From a virus (taxonomy: Duplodnaviria > Caudoviricetes), in IMG/VR virus record IMGVR_UViG_3300037153_000557, positions 1 through 55,007 of that record: 55,007 bases of DNA; one strand, given 5' to 3'. Both the position numbers and the translations under genes were made by a program. Under the pieces are notes generated by a model. It made no database searches. It saw only the letters and a list, made by a program, of their open reading frames with translations, and was not told where the DNA came from. Positions 40,156 through 50,305 of this stretch are shown piece after piece; positions within the stretch are counted from its first letter, which is position 1; each line of letters opens with the position of its first letter.

Positions 40156-40413
40156 CTATACTGCAATTGCGACGCGATCCTGGGGAGGCTCTTCAGAGGC
40201 ATCTATAACCAACTCTTCAAGTGTGACATCCAACGTTTCAGTCAATCGCTTCAGAACATCCGGACGTGGCATACGGTTCTCTTTTTCAATCTTCTGGATA
40301 GTGATGGTGGAAACCTTCGCGTCCTTTGCCAGTTTTTCTATCGAGTAGCCACGCCGTTTACGCCAGTATTTCAGTACTACCCTCAAATTCTTCTCATCAG
40401 GCATAACTTTCAC
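40156..40413 (-). CDS. XRE-family HTH regulator
   Basis: LKYWRKRRGYSIEKLA..VSTITIQKIE; divergent from the helicase gene. Confidence 0.85.
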   Translation of the reverse strand: MKVMPDEKNLRVVLKYWRKRRGYSIEKLAKDAKVSTITIQKIEKENRMPRPDVLKRLTETLDVTLEELVIDASEEPPQDRVAIAV

Positions 40414-40615
40414 CCTTTCTCTAGGACTCTGGATAACAAGACTCCTTTCTTTAATAGTAAAACCTTACTACAAGAAAGTCAACACAAAACTAAAACCATT
40501 CTAACATATTTTACTAACCTGTTACTAGTCTATTGAAAATCTTTTACTTTCATGTTACAATACTGTTAGCAAAAGGAAAGTAAAAGCACCTCGTAAAGCA
40601 GAAAGTGAGCCAGAA

Positions 40616-41953
40616 ATGGTAGTGAAAATAGATGACTACAGGCACAAAAAACAGCCTCCCAACGAGCGTCAACTGGCTTTTATCGAAATGGCGAGAAGGA
40701 TACTAGCCGCTCAACCTATGCCGTCTATCGAAGAAATCAATATGCTCTCTGGGAATTATCCACGTCTCGCAAAAGCCCTTAGAGAAGCCCGCATGGATGG
40801 AACCGAGGACGACTTCAGAACAGCTTATGATGCCTTATCTAACGAGCATACCAATCTCAAAGATTGGCGTTTGCTAATCGGTATGCCAGGGACTGAAGAG
40901 GAAACGGATAAGCGTTTCAAGACAGGCAAAACTGGGAAAAAAGTCATTATCCGCTTCACCGAGGACGATATAGAGGCACTGCCTGATAAAGAGGACCTGA
41001 TCAAGGATATTTTAGAAAAAGGCACGGTTAGTATGATCTATGGTCCTGCTGGTACTGGCAAGACTTTTAATGCCCTCCATATCGCCTACTGTGTAGCACA
41101 TGGCACTCCTTGGTTTAGTCACCAGACAGTACAGGGAAAAGTCTGGTACATCAACACTGAGGGTGGACGAGGGCTCAAACCACGTATAGCGGCATGGCGC
41201 AAAGAGTATCGACGTGGCAAGACCTCCAATATCGAATTCATCACATGGTCCGTCCATCTCAAAGAGCATAGCCAGGAGCTGCTTGACACGGTGGAAGAGG
41301 CGGATGAAAAACCAGCGCTCTTGGTGGTAGACAACTATAGCATGTGTGCTACTGGCACTAACCAGAATGACCAGATGGAAGTCACACGCACGCTTATGGT
41401 GCTGCATGAGATTGCGCAGACCTATGGCTGTCACTGCCTACTCGTCCATCATAGCAACTGGACCGGAAAAGTCAATGGCAGTGCTGCATTTAGAAATCAC
41501 GTAGATACCATGCTGGATCTCTCTCGACCTAGTAAAGAGTCCCCTATCATCCTCAGATGTGAAAAGCAAAGAGACGCCGAGCCCTTTGGTGACATCCACT
41601 TAGAGCTAAAAATTGTCTCTCCTTATGCCCACCCTGTCACGGGAGAGAATATTGTCTCTTGTGTTGTCGTCCTCTCCGATGCGCCTGTTTTAGACACACT
41701 TGGAAGTAAACAGCAGCAATGTCTGGATTTACTCTGTAATGGGATGACATTTACAGAATGGTACCAGATTGTGAAAGATAACGTTAGTGTATCTGAAAAG
41801 ACTCTCATGCGCTACAAAGACCTTCTCATCGAAAAGAAACTGGTAGAGAAACATGAAGGGCAAGGTAAGCATCCTACCTATCATCGTATATCATCTTTAA
41901 ATTTTTCTGGACATTCGGCAAATTACCCGTATTCTGATGAAATGAGTGAATAG
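40616..41953 (+). CDS. RepA/AAA_25-type SF4 helicase with C-terminal wHTH
   Basis: GPAGTGKT, YINTEG, LLVVD, LLVHH, GSAA, KQRDAE. Confidence 0.88.
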   Translation: MVVKIDDYRHKKQPPNERQLAFIEMARRILAAQPMPSIEEINMLSGNYPRLAKALREARMDGTEDDFRTAYDALSNEHTNLKDWRLLIGMPGTEEETDKRFKTGKTGKKVIIRFTEDDIEALPDKEDLIKDILEKGTVSMIYGPAGTGKTFNALHIAYCVAHGTPWFSHQTVQGKVWYINTEGGRGLKPRIAAWRKEYRRGKTSNIEFITWSVHLKEHSQELLDTVEEADEKPALLVVDNYSMCATGTNQNDQMEVTRTLMVLHEIAQTYGCHCLLVHHSNWTGKVNGSAAFRNHVDTMLDLSRPSKESPIILRCEKQRDAEPFGDIHLELKIVSPYAHPVTGENIVSCVVVLSDAPVLDTLGSKQQQCLDLLCNGMTFTEWYQIVKDNVSVSEKTLMRYKDLLIEKKLVEKHEGQGKHPTYHRISSLNFSGHSANYPYSDEMSE

Positions 41954-42061
41954 TTATGCAAAACTTTTCGGACTTTTGGACATTTTCTGGACATTGTCCT
42001 AATGTCTGCGGATTAATTTTTCGGACATTTGGACACACCCTTATAGGGTGTCCAAATGTCC
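41900..42061. repeat. putative origin C: GGACA repeats and 14-bp palindrome
   Basis: Multiple (T/C)GGACA(TT) units; GGACATTTGGACAC-N11-GTGTCCAAATGTCC at 42023-42061. Confidence 0.65.
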
Positions 42062-42096
42062 ATAAAATCTGACCGAAAGTTTTGGGAGGGAGAAAA

Positions 42097-43365
42097 ATGC
42101 TAACGGTATTAGACCTGGCTGGTGAAGATACTCGCCTCAAAAAGAAGTCGGTGAAAGAGTATTGTGGACCATGCCCAAATCCCAATTGTGGATGTCAGAG
42201 GGATGGATTTAGTGTCAAGTACAATGGCAACTCCTGGGTATTCATGTGTAGAGGCTGTTGGGATTCTGGTGAAATGATTACCAACCGAGACAAGAAACGC
42301 GGATGGGGAGATGAGATCCATTACCTGACACACTACCGATCAATAACCCTGGGTGATGCCATTATTCAAGCAATGGACAACGGACTCCTTTCATTTGAAG
42401 ACGCCTATAAACGCTATGCCTACGAAAAACGCTGGCCATACGAGAGAGCACAGCAGCACTTACTTGACCTGGGTGCTGACAAAGATCAACAGCGCGTGAG
42501 AAAGGTGCGTTTTCAAAACACCTCTTCAGATTACCGCTCTCCACTCTGGCAAGAGCAAGTCCATCAGGCAGTAGAGCAGTATGCGCAGACTCTCTGGAGT
42601 CAAGAAGGTACCGAGGCACTCGAATATATCCTGAGTAGAGGTCTCCGGTACAAGACCATTGAAGCTGCAAAGCTTGGCCTTTCAAAACAAGGCGGTATCC
42701 CTCGTTTGATTATCCCGCTTCGCAATTTTCGCTTTCATGAGTATAGCGGAGGCTGGTACTTCACTATCTTTCGTCGCGACTTGCGCCCAGATTGTCCAAA
42801 GGGTGAGCGATGGAAGAATGCTAAAGGTAGCTCTACCGATGCGCTCTACATGGCAGATTGCTTGAAAGCAAAGCGGACAACGGTACTCACCGAGGGAGCT
42901 ATAGACGCGCTCTCAATAGCTCAGGAGTGTGGAGACTTGGTAAATGTGGTAGCAACGGCTGGTGTCACTTGTGGGCAGAATGTCGAAAACCTAGCGCGTC
43001 TATCGCTGATGCCACTGGTCCTCGTTGCTTTTGACGCTGATGAGGCAGGCGACAAAGAAGCGAAATGGTGGCTAGAGCGATTGCCAAATGCACGCCGTCT
43101 CCGACCACTCTTACATGATGTGAATGACATGCTGGTGGATAACTGGGATATGAGAGAGTGGATCAAACGTGAGCTGCCAATAGAAGAGACGCTAGAGGTT
43201 GAAGAGTCCATGTGTGCTGTCTGCCTAGATCTCGGCAGGGAAACAGTAGCGCAGCATGAAGTAGATGAATTTATGTATTGTGATGAACATAAGCCATTGG
43301 ACAATAATTCTAGATCCAATGACTATACATCCAATGACTATACGCAAGAATTAGTAGAAGCATAA
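42097..43365 (+). CDS. DNA primase (zinc finger plus TOPRIM)
   Basis: GPCP..CRGC, YILSRGL, LTEGAIDALS, AFDADEAG, DVND. Confidence 0.88.
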   Translation: MLTVLDLAGEDTRLKKKSVKEYCGPCPNPNCGCQRDGFSVKYNGNSWVFMCRGCWDSGEMITNRDKKRGWGDEIHYLTHYRSITLGDAIIQAMDNGLLSFEDAYKRYAYEKRWPYERAQQHLLDLGADKDQQRVRKVRFQNTSSDYRSPLWQEQVHQAVEQYAQTLWSQEGTEALEYILSRGLRYKTIEAAKLGLSKQGGIPRLIIPLRNFRFHEYSGGWYFTIFRRDLRPDCPKGERWKNAKGSSTDALYMADCLKAKRTTVLTEGAIDALSIAQECGDLVNVVATAGVTCGQNVENLARLSLMPLVLVAFDADEAGDKEAKWWLERLPNARRLRPLLHDVNDMLVDNWDMREWIKRELPIEETLEVEESMCAVCLDLGRETVAQHEVDEFMYCDEHKPLDNNSRSNDYTSNDYTQELVEA

Positions 43366-43377
43366 GGAGAGAACAAG

Positions 43378-44061
43378 ATGTTAAAGTCAATTGAAACAGA
43401 GTACAATGGGTGTTTGTTTCGTAGCAGGTTAGAGGCACGATGGGCAGTGTTCTTTGATACATTAGGCATCAAGTATGAATACGAGAAAGAGGGTTTTGAT
43501 TTGGGTGAAGAAGAAATCAGAGCAGATGAGTACCGATATACTTTGAGTGAAACGTGGTACTTACCTGATTTCTGGCTCCCTAAACAGCAATGTTGGTTTG
43601 AGGTCAAAGGAGAGTGCCCAACACAGGAAGAATACGCAAAGGCAAGGCTATTAGCTCATCAAAGCGGGAAACATGTCTATATTGCCGCCGGTGAAATCAA
43701 AATTCCTCCCGTTGAATATCCTGAGGATGATGGTGGCGATCCACCTGCTCCGGTAGCCCCAATGGAATATTATACCAATCTATTGGAGTATGCTCCTTTT
43801 CAGATAGATTACTATATTTATCCTGATTGGTCGATAAGCAGCTGGAATGAGTGCGTAAAGTGTAAAAATATTGAAATAAATTCAGGATATACTACTATGT
43901 TTTTATCCTGTCCCTGTCTTGAAGACGAATGCAATGATACTTTCAACACGCCACGCCTTAGAAAAGCCTATAGAGCGGCTCGTCAAGCTCGTTTTGAGCA
44001 CCAAGATAGATGGATAAAGAAGGTCAATGACACGTTAGAGAAATTTCAACAGCTTCAGTAG
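43378..44061 (+). CDS. PD-(D/E)xK nuclease-like protein
   Basis: FRSRLEARWAVFF, YLPDF, FEVKG. Confidence 0.7.
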   Translation: MLKSIETEYNGCLFRSRLEARWAVFFDTLGIKYEYEKEGFDLGEEEIRADEYRYTLSETWYLPDFWLPKQQCWFEVKGECPTQEEYAKARLLAHQSGKHVYIAAGEIKIPPVEYPEDDGGDPPAPVAPMEYYTNLLEYAPFQIDYYIYPDWSISSWNECVKCKNIEINSGYTTMFLSCPCLEDECNDTFNTPRLRKAYRAARQARFEHQDRWIKKVNDTLEKFQQLQ

Positions 44062-44077
44062 ACAGACAAAGGACAAA

Positions 44078-46608
44078 GTGATGTTCAAAGAAGGAACTTT
44101 GGTACAACTCAAGACTGGCAAGCATCCCCCGTATCGAGTGCATATAGTCATAGGGTACACCGAATTTGGAGATGCGATGCCGCAAGAAGAGCGGCATGAG
44201 GGCTTCAATGTCTATGGCTTCTACGATGAGTATGGCCGACTCAAAGCGGTGTGTGAGCATGAGATTGAAACATGGACGCCACACGATGAGACAGAGGCAT
44301 GGTTATCGCAGTTCGGACCACGAACCTGGATCGAGTATCAGTGGTGTCTCAATGTTACTCGGTGGTTAGGAGGCGTGCCAGAGGACATGCTCATGCGACG
44401 CTTAGCCGAAAGGGAATCAGCATCCTGACTGGTAGTTATCCACAAGTGTGGACAAGAGAAAGAAAATGAGGAAAACTGATGAGATATAACCCGTATTGCC
44501 TGTGTGCCCAGTGCCAAGCCTACACCCTCATCACGCTTGGCCAAAGCGCACTCGCACCACAAGAGTTCGTGAGACGCGCGAGACGGTACACACTGACAAA
44601 CGAGCAACAAAAGATAGTAGACGAGGTAAAGCTGAAGTTGTGGAATATGAGCGTGAAAGGGGAGCAAGCGTCGTGAATAAACGTCAAGGCAAGAAAAACA
44701 AGAGAAGAGAGCTGGAGCGTCTAGAGGCCTATCTTGAGGATGCTCAGAAAGATCTGGTGCATTTCTGGTGTACCTCTCAGCCTCAAAACGAGCGGGAACG
44801 TGGAAATATTCAATACAATCTGCACAATTTCAATTATCTGAATGAGCAGGAAAGGCAAGAAAAGCTTGAGAAGAAGAGAATGCAAGCAAAAGGAAAAGCT
44901 TGGAAGCACAGGAGCAAGCATCATGATTGACTGTCAAACATGTATAAGGTGTCTCAAACGTATCGACACCTTTGAGTACGACAATGACGCAGTAGCCTTT
45001 GAAGATGAGCTACTTGGAGAAGGATTAGAAGTAGAGTTTGGTGACGTTGTGTGTGATGAATGTGCAAGAGAGCTGGTGGAGAGAGAGCAGGTGAGCAAGT
45101 GAGTATGGAAATTCTCAAGGGGGAAACACCTTATGGTCGCAAATGGGTTCGCTTTGGACATATTTGCGATATGGCAGAGATAGTCAAAGACCAGCGGATG
45201 CTACGCTTTTCAATAGGAGATGGAGCGTATCTCTTCACGCAAGAGGATATACAAGCCATGTTGCCATATCTGCAAAGCTTTGCTGAAACAGGCAAGCTTG
45301 AGGGAAGCAAGGGAGAGAGCAGGTGAGAGGATGATCACACAAGAAGCCCTCTTCACCGTTGACGTGCCACCACCGGAGCCGCCGACGCCCGTGGCACAAG
45401 CTGAACTCGGGACATGCTGCAAGAACGGCTGTATCGAGCCTGCCGTCCTCAAGAGTCCTGGTGGGAGTGTCTATTGCCAGAAGCACGGGTATTGTGCACG
45501 GCGGACGTGTCTCAAGAGCGTTGAGAAGTTTGTGTGGCATCCACGCTTAGGTATTTGGTGTTGTAGCTGTATCTTGAAGTTTGAGAAGAATGCGCTGCTT
45601 CTGGATGCTATTGCACTGAAGCAAAGCAGGGAACGGAGATAGAGCAGGGATGACCATTGAAGAGTTCGAGCACTTGGTGACAGAGGCGGGGCTTATCCTG
45701 CTTCTGGCCTATCCACCTCGGTTCCTGGTGTCCTTGCACGTCGAGACAAAATTCGGAATAAGGATGCAATGTGGAAAGCTCTTGTTTTCGTCACGAGAGG
45801 CCTTTAGGATGGCCGAGAAGGAGGAAACCATATCTGCCATTGAAGAGTTGAGACAGAGGCTTTCTCGGGCTTCTCAGACGCAGCAGGGTGATGTCGCCAA
45901 GGGCGGTACCGTGGAGGTCAAGACAGCGAATGTGAGGAAGCAGGTAGCGATTGGCTATCCTGCACATTGAAAGGACAAAGAGATGAGTTATGAGAATTGG
46001 TGTAAGTACTATAACGGTATCCCTAGTGAAACATGTAATGCGGGTGTAAGTTACAAAGACGTCAAAGGGCAAGAGAGACGCCCATTGAACTATCCATGCT
46101 TCAAGGATAGTGGATGTACAGTGGTATGCCATAAAGCTGAGTTTCGTACACCGGAGGAAGTTGCTGAAGAAGAGAGAAAAGCAAGTGAAGTAGTTCGGAA
46201 GTTTGTTGAAAACCTTAATAACGATATTTGTCCACATTGCGAGAATCCGATCAAAGAGAAGAGACAAGTAAGAAGATCTGTCTATGGCTATCCTTGCGGG
46301 CATAGGCTCTATCAAGGCAAGTTAAAGGAGCGAAAGGTATGAACGACTCGAATCACGCCTGGAATGATGGCAAGCCGATCCGCACCAAGAAACAACCCTG
46401 TGGGTGCTATATCACGGCCAAGCACTTCACATTGTGCGCATGGGGAAAAGATCTCAAGCACTCGGCGGATGGCTGGTACAAAGCGTACCTCAACGAAAGG
46501 GAGCCACGTGGCACCTTCGACTACAAGGCTGCGCACTTTGGGAATTTTGAAACACACAAACAGGCGTATTTAAAGCATATTCGTACAGGGAAGGATTGGG
46601 TGTTATGA
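44078..46608 (+). other. cluster of small hypothetical genes, several Cys-rich
   Basis: Overlapping RBS-preceded ORFs (e.g. 44078-44428, 45650-45970, 45983-46342, 46339-46608). Confidence 0.5.
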
Positions 46609-47054
46609 GCAAGGTGACGCTTACCAAACGACAAATGCAGGTATTGCGCATGCTGGTACGTGGATTCTCGGACGAGCAGATAGCCGAGCGACTCGAATTG
46701 GCAAGGGGGAGCGTTCAATATCATCTTCGCACTATCTACAAGCAATTCGGGCTTGATGCATATTATTCAAGCTCACGAGTGAAACTTACACTCTGGGCAA
46801 TTCGGCAAGGCTTGGTGAAGATTGAGCCAAAGCAAGCAAAACCTGTGTATATCGAGAAAATACAATACAAGTACAATGTAGGAAATAGAGTGTGTGTCAG
46901 AAATCACAGGTACTATGATGTTGAAGGAGAGATTGTGGCACTGATGCCCTACTCACTCGTAGCACCTGCTTATGATGTACAGATTGACGGCATGGTTGTT
47001 GCGGTATCGGAGCGAAGTTTAGAAAGGATAGAGCAGAAACAAGATGTCAAGTGA
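46605..47054 (+). CDS. LuxR-type HTH fused to SH3/KOW-like domain; candidate late activator
   Basis: LTKRQMQVLRMLVRGFSDEQIA..SVQYHL; KYNVGNRV. Confidence 0.7.
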   Translation: MSKVTLTKRQMQVLRMLVRGFSDEQIAERLELARGSVQYHLRTIYKQFGLDAYYSSSRVKLTLWAIRQGLVKIEPKQAKPVYIEKIQYKYNVGNRVCVRNHRYYDVEGEIVALMPYSLVAPAYDVQIDGMVVAVSERSLERIEQKQDVK

Positions 47055-47290
47055 AATTACCATGTATGCCAAGTTTGATGGCAAATGTACGGACTGTGGC
47101 TACAAAATTGACAAAGGTGCTGCGATTAAGTATAACACGGCGAGTCGAACTGCGAAACATGTGAAGTGCCCCGAGCCTGATTATAGCGGAGATAAGCAGA
47201 GAAACATCTTTGAGATGTGGATAGAGAGAGCAAAAGAGACAGAAGTTTTACAAGAAAAGATGAGAGAAAGAAGGAAAGCATGAGAGACGA

Positions 47291-47503
47291 CTACTCTTGC
47301 TTTGGTTGTCGCTTTTTGACGGTTGCTGCTTCTATATCCTGTTTATGGTAGAGTTTTGACGTGGCGTTGACGTGGTGGGTCCTCACGTTCTTGAGTTTGC
47401 GAATATAATCGGGACGGATCGGGCGGCCATATTTCTTACTCAGGATGGCCGCCGCGTCAGACGCACTAATATAGTTGGCTAATGGTTCGATTCTTTTGGT
47501 CAT
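47291..47503 (-). CDS. small MerR/Xis-like HTH, divergent from recombinase
   Basis: YISASDAAAILS..IRPDYIRKL; resembles 25418-25780. Confidence 0.6.
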   Translation of the reverse strand: MTKRIEPLANYISASDAAAILSKKYGRPIRPDYIRKLKNVRTHHVNATSKLYHKQDIEAATVKKRQPKQE

Positions 47504-47610
47504 GAGTCACCTGTGGATAGCAATGATTTCTGTCTCTAGTATACCATAGTTAGGATGTCCGAATAGAGTCTTGACGGTATGGCGTAATTGGGCTAAAATA
47601 AGCTCAACGA

Positions 47611-47638
47611 ATACCAGATAATTACCATTATCTTGCTT
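47611..47638. promoter_or_regulatory. dif-like recombination site
   Basis: ATACCAGATAA-TTACCA-TTATCTTGCTT (11-6-11 layout, ATAA-N6-TTAT core). Confidence 0.65.
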
Positions 47639-47656
47639 TCAGAAGGAGGTTTACAA

Positions 47657-48592
47657 ATGGAGCAAGAACTGATATCTGTCTCATCAATTGACTTAGCAGT
47701 AGTAGAAGATGCTACCACCATCAATCTCTGGTTACGCTCGAAAAGAAGTGAGCACACAAAAAAGGCTTATGCAAGGGATATTAAAAGCTTTTATGCCTTT
47801 ATCAAAGTAAAGAGAGAGAAAGAGATAATAGTAGAAAATGTCACCATTAGGAACGTTACTCTAGAGGACATACAGGACTATGCTGAGTACCTAAAAACTG
47901 AACATAAGGAAGTCTCAACACAAGCTCGTAAAATAGCTGCTGTCAAGTCTCTCCTAACTTTTGCTTCTAGGATAAAGTATACTGACTTTAATGTAGGAGC
48001 AGCTCAACAACTGCCAGAAGGAAAAGACAAGCTAGCCCAAAGAATACTCTCTACTAGCCAAGTGCAGAATATTATCTATGAAGCAAGAGATAATAAACGC
48101 AATCATGCCATGCTCTTACTCTTATATGGTAGCGGCATCCGATGTGCTGAGCTATGCGGCCTCCAGTGGGAAGATGTTCAGGAGACTGCTACTGGAGGAC
48201 AGATTACTGTCTTTGGAAAGAGGAGTAAGACGCGTTCTATTCCACTGCATAAAGTTGTTTGGGATGAACTGATTTCTATTCGTCCTCTAGATGCTAAATC
48301 TGAAGACTATGTGTTTCAGTCTCGCAAGCTCACATCACGAAATGAGCAAGAACCTACACGCAAACTTAATGAAGCTCAAGTGTGGAAAATTGTGAAGGGC
48401 TATGCTGAGAAGGCTGGTATCAAGAAAGCATCCACACACTGGTTTCGACATGCTCATGCTACTCATGCCATGGAAAAAGGCGCTCCGCTTCGACTTATTC
48501 AGGAAACGCTAGGACATGCTGATTTGCGTACACCGAGTAGATACCAACATGTCAGGCCTGAATCATCCAGTTCCACCTATCTTGACTTGTGA
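47657..48592 (+). CDS. XerC/D-like tyrosine recombinase
   Basis: SGIR..EL, GKRSK.R, HWFRH..AT, LGH, Y; RBS AAGGAGGT; no arm-binding domain. Confidence 0.92.
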   Translation: MEQELISVSSIDLAVVEDATTINLWLRSKRSEHTKKAYARDIKSFYAFIKVKREKEIIVENVTIRNVTLEDIQDYAEYLKTEHKEVSTQARKIAAVKSLLTFASRIKYTDFNVGAAQQLPEGKDKLAQRILSTSQVQNIIYEARDNKRNHAMLLLLYGSGIRCAELCGLQWEDVQETATGGQITVFGKRSKTRSIPLHKVVWDELISIRPLDAKSEDYVFQSRKLTSRNEQEPTRKLNEAQVWKIVKGYAEKAGIKKASTHWFRHAHATHAMEKGAPLRLIQETLGHADLRTPSRYQHVRPESSSSTYLDL

Positions 48593-48816
48593 ACCGTCCG
48601 CAACTATCGGACACGTGTGGTATACTGGGCTTGCATCGCACAAAGATGTAGGTGGGTCGGCACCGTGATCAACGACGCAAATGGCCTCTCTCAACAAGTA
48701 GCTCTTGAAGTTTTACGCTTCGAGTGAATGTGAGAGAGGCTTTTTGTTGTCACAAATATCTCACAAGGTTCCTAACATGTATTCTATTTGTTGTAATAAT
48801 GTGCTATCATTGTACT

Positions 48817-49101
48817 AACTTTGTTTCTCCAGTCAGGAACCCCATAGCTAAAGCTAGGGGCTTGTGAAGAGGGGGTGATTTCTGCCCATCCAATTTGCAA
48901 GCTCACCTGACCAGACCCAGCCACCAGGAGCAATCCTGACGGGGCTACGTTAGAGACGAATAGATAGGTACCATAGGGTGCGTCCGCCAGCCCGATGCTC
49001 TACGGTCAGTGGTTAAACAGGTGTACAAGGGTTAAGCCAGTGCTGCTGACAGACAAACCGTCTTCTAACTTCGTCGAGGCGAACATCACCTGGGAAACCA
49101 G
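48817..49101 (+). ncRNA. omegaRNA (HEARO-like) with 5' guide from the left flank
   Basis: Recalled hallmark blocks GACCAGAC, GCTACGTT, GGTACC..GGGTGC..GCCAGCCC..GCTCTACG, TAAACAG, CAGTG, GTCGAGGCGAACATCACC; upstream TGnTATCAT. Confidence 0.75.
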
Positions 49102-49287
49102 TGTGGGTTTGTCCGTTCCCACCCAAAAACGGACTCCCCACAAGGGGACAAAGAAGAAAGGAGAGCAAGTGAGTGCTTATGCACAAGACAAGCTGGCTAA
49201 CCGCCCGCCACTTGTCTTCCCCACATCCCATGCATCTAGGGAGCAATTCCTCCCCATGTCTAAAGCCAGGGGTATCCTTGCACAAAT
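48832..49287 (+). mobile_element. non-autonomous IS200/IS605 (IscB-type) element
   Basis: End hairpins CCCCATAGCTAAAGCTAGGGG (48840-48860) and CCCCATGTCTAAAGCCAGGGG (49252-49272); no tnpA or iscB. Confidence 0.8.
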
Positions 49288-49295
49288 GTGAATGA

Positions 49296-49535
49296 GTGAG
49301 CAAAAGAATGCATTTTATCGGTATTAAGTGCGAGACTTGCAATAAGTTAGCCAACACGAAGGACAGCATTGACGATCTACCGAATGGCTGGATCGCTCTG
49401 GTGCAACGAGCCACAAATTTCTTCAGCACAAGTCGTCAAGAGGCTTTGCACTTTTGTTCGATGGCGTGTCTACGGGCTTGGGTCAGAGAACAGGATGCAC
49501 AGCCCAAAGCGGTAGTGGAACGAGCGGGCGAGTGA
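49296..49535 (+). CDS. small zinc-binding protein
   Basis: CETC..HFCSMACL. Confidence 0.55.
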   Translation: MSKRMHFIGIKCETCNKLANTKDSIDDLPNGWIALVQRATNFFSTSRQEALHFCSMACLRAWVREQDAQPKAVVERAGE

Positions 49536-49627
49536 ATGGACGTCTTGATTGCAATCGCCGTCGTCTTCTTCTGTATCGGCTGTTTTGCATTTGGCTATGC
49601 TGCAGCCCTGTGGCTGGAGAGTAGGCA

Positions 49628-50305
49628 ATGAGTGAAGAGCGTAAACCTTGGGAGCAAAATATTGAAGCTGGCGAACCGGACCTGTGGTATGGACGGTTCG
49701 TCAAATATTTGCGCCTAGGATCGAAACGCTCCGTTAATGCCTTGTATGCCAAAGAAGCCAAGGCCGCGAAAAACAGCGAAAAACAGCGAAATTTAGATGC
49801 TGGCGGGGATTGGTATGACATTGAAAAGGCGTGGAATTGGAAGGAAAGGGCAAGGGCTTATGATGAATGGCAGAGGAAAGAAGAAGATAGAATAATTGCA
49901 GAAGAGAAAGATAAGGTACTCAGGTCAGGATTTGCACTTATGCATAAGCGTATCAAAGAACTAGATAGACAGGCCCGTAAGCTTATACAGATGACTAATG
50001 ACGAGCAAAAGATCTGGGTACCGGAAGTGCGAACAGTTATTATGGGAGAAGATAAGTCACAAACTATTGAAAAGCTCACGTTTAATGCTCCGCTATTTAC
50101 AACTATAGACAAAATATTTGATAGCATTGCTAAGGAAACAGGCGAAAGAGTCAAGAAGAAAGATATCACTATAACTGAAATGCCTGCTAGCGTTTACCAA
50201 GGATTTAATCCTGATGAGGATGGAACTGTAACCGATGGTAACGAAGCCTTACCTAATTCAGAACCACAACAAAATACAGGTAACGAAGGACAACAGGCCG
50301 TATAG
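49628..50305 (+). CDS. terminase small subunit
   Basis: F..YL.LG..RS..W..W.W.ERARAYD; upstream of TerL. Confidence 0.7.
   Translation: MSEERKPWEQNIEAGEPDLWYGRFVKYLRLGSKRSVNALYAKEAKAAKNSEKQRNLDAGGDWYDIEKAWNWKERARAYDEWQRKEEDRIIAEEKDKVLRSGFALMHKRIKELDRQARKLIQMTNDEQKIWVPEVRTVIMGEDKSQTIEKLTFNAPLFTTIDKIFDSIAKETGERVKKKDITITEMPASVYQGFNPDEDGTVTDGNEALPNSEPQQNTGNEGQQAV

Noticed and set aside
43313-43343. 15-bp tandem duplication
   Set aside because: In-frame slippage (SNDYT twice) in a low-complexity primase tail
48635-48745. c-di-GMP-I riboswitch
   Set aside because: GACGCAAA is present, but the GGCAAACC..GAAA P2 and the P3 motifs are missing
48811-48831. A second in-genome target for the omegaRNA guide
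   Set aside because: Only 9-10 nt partial matches seen by eye (e.g. near 2902 and 33645) and without a TAM; an exhaustive search was not possible
48995-49429. Protein-coding ORFs (iscB) inside the element
   Set aside because: No PLMP, RuvC or HNH motifs; the ORFs are incidental to the RNA scaffold apart from a possible C-terminal remnant
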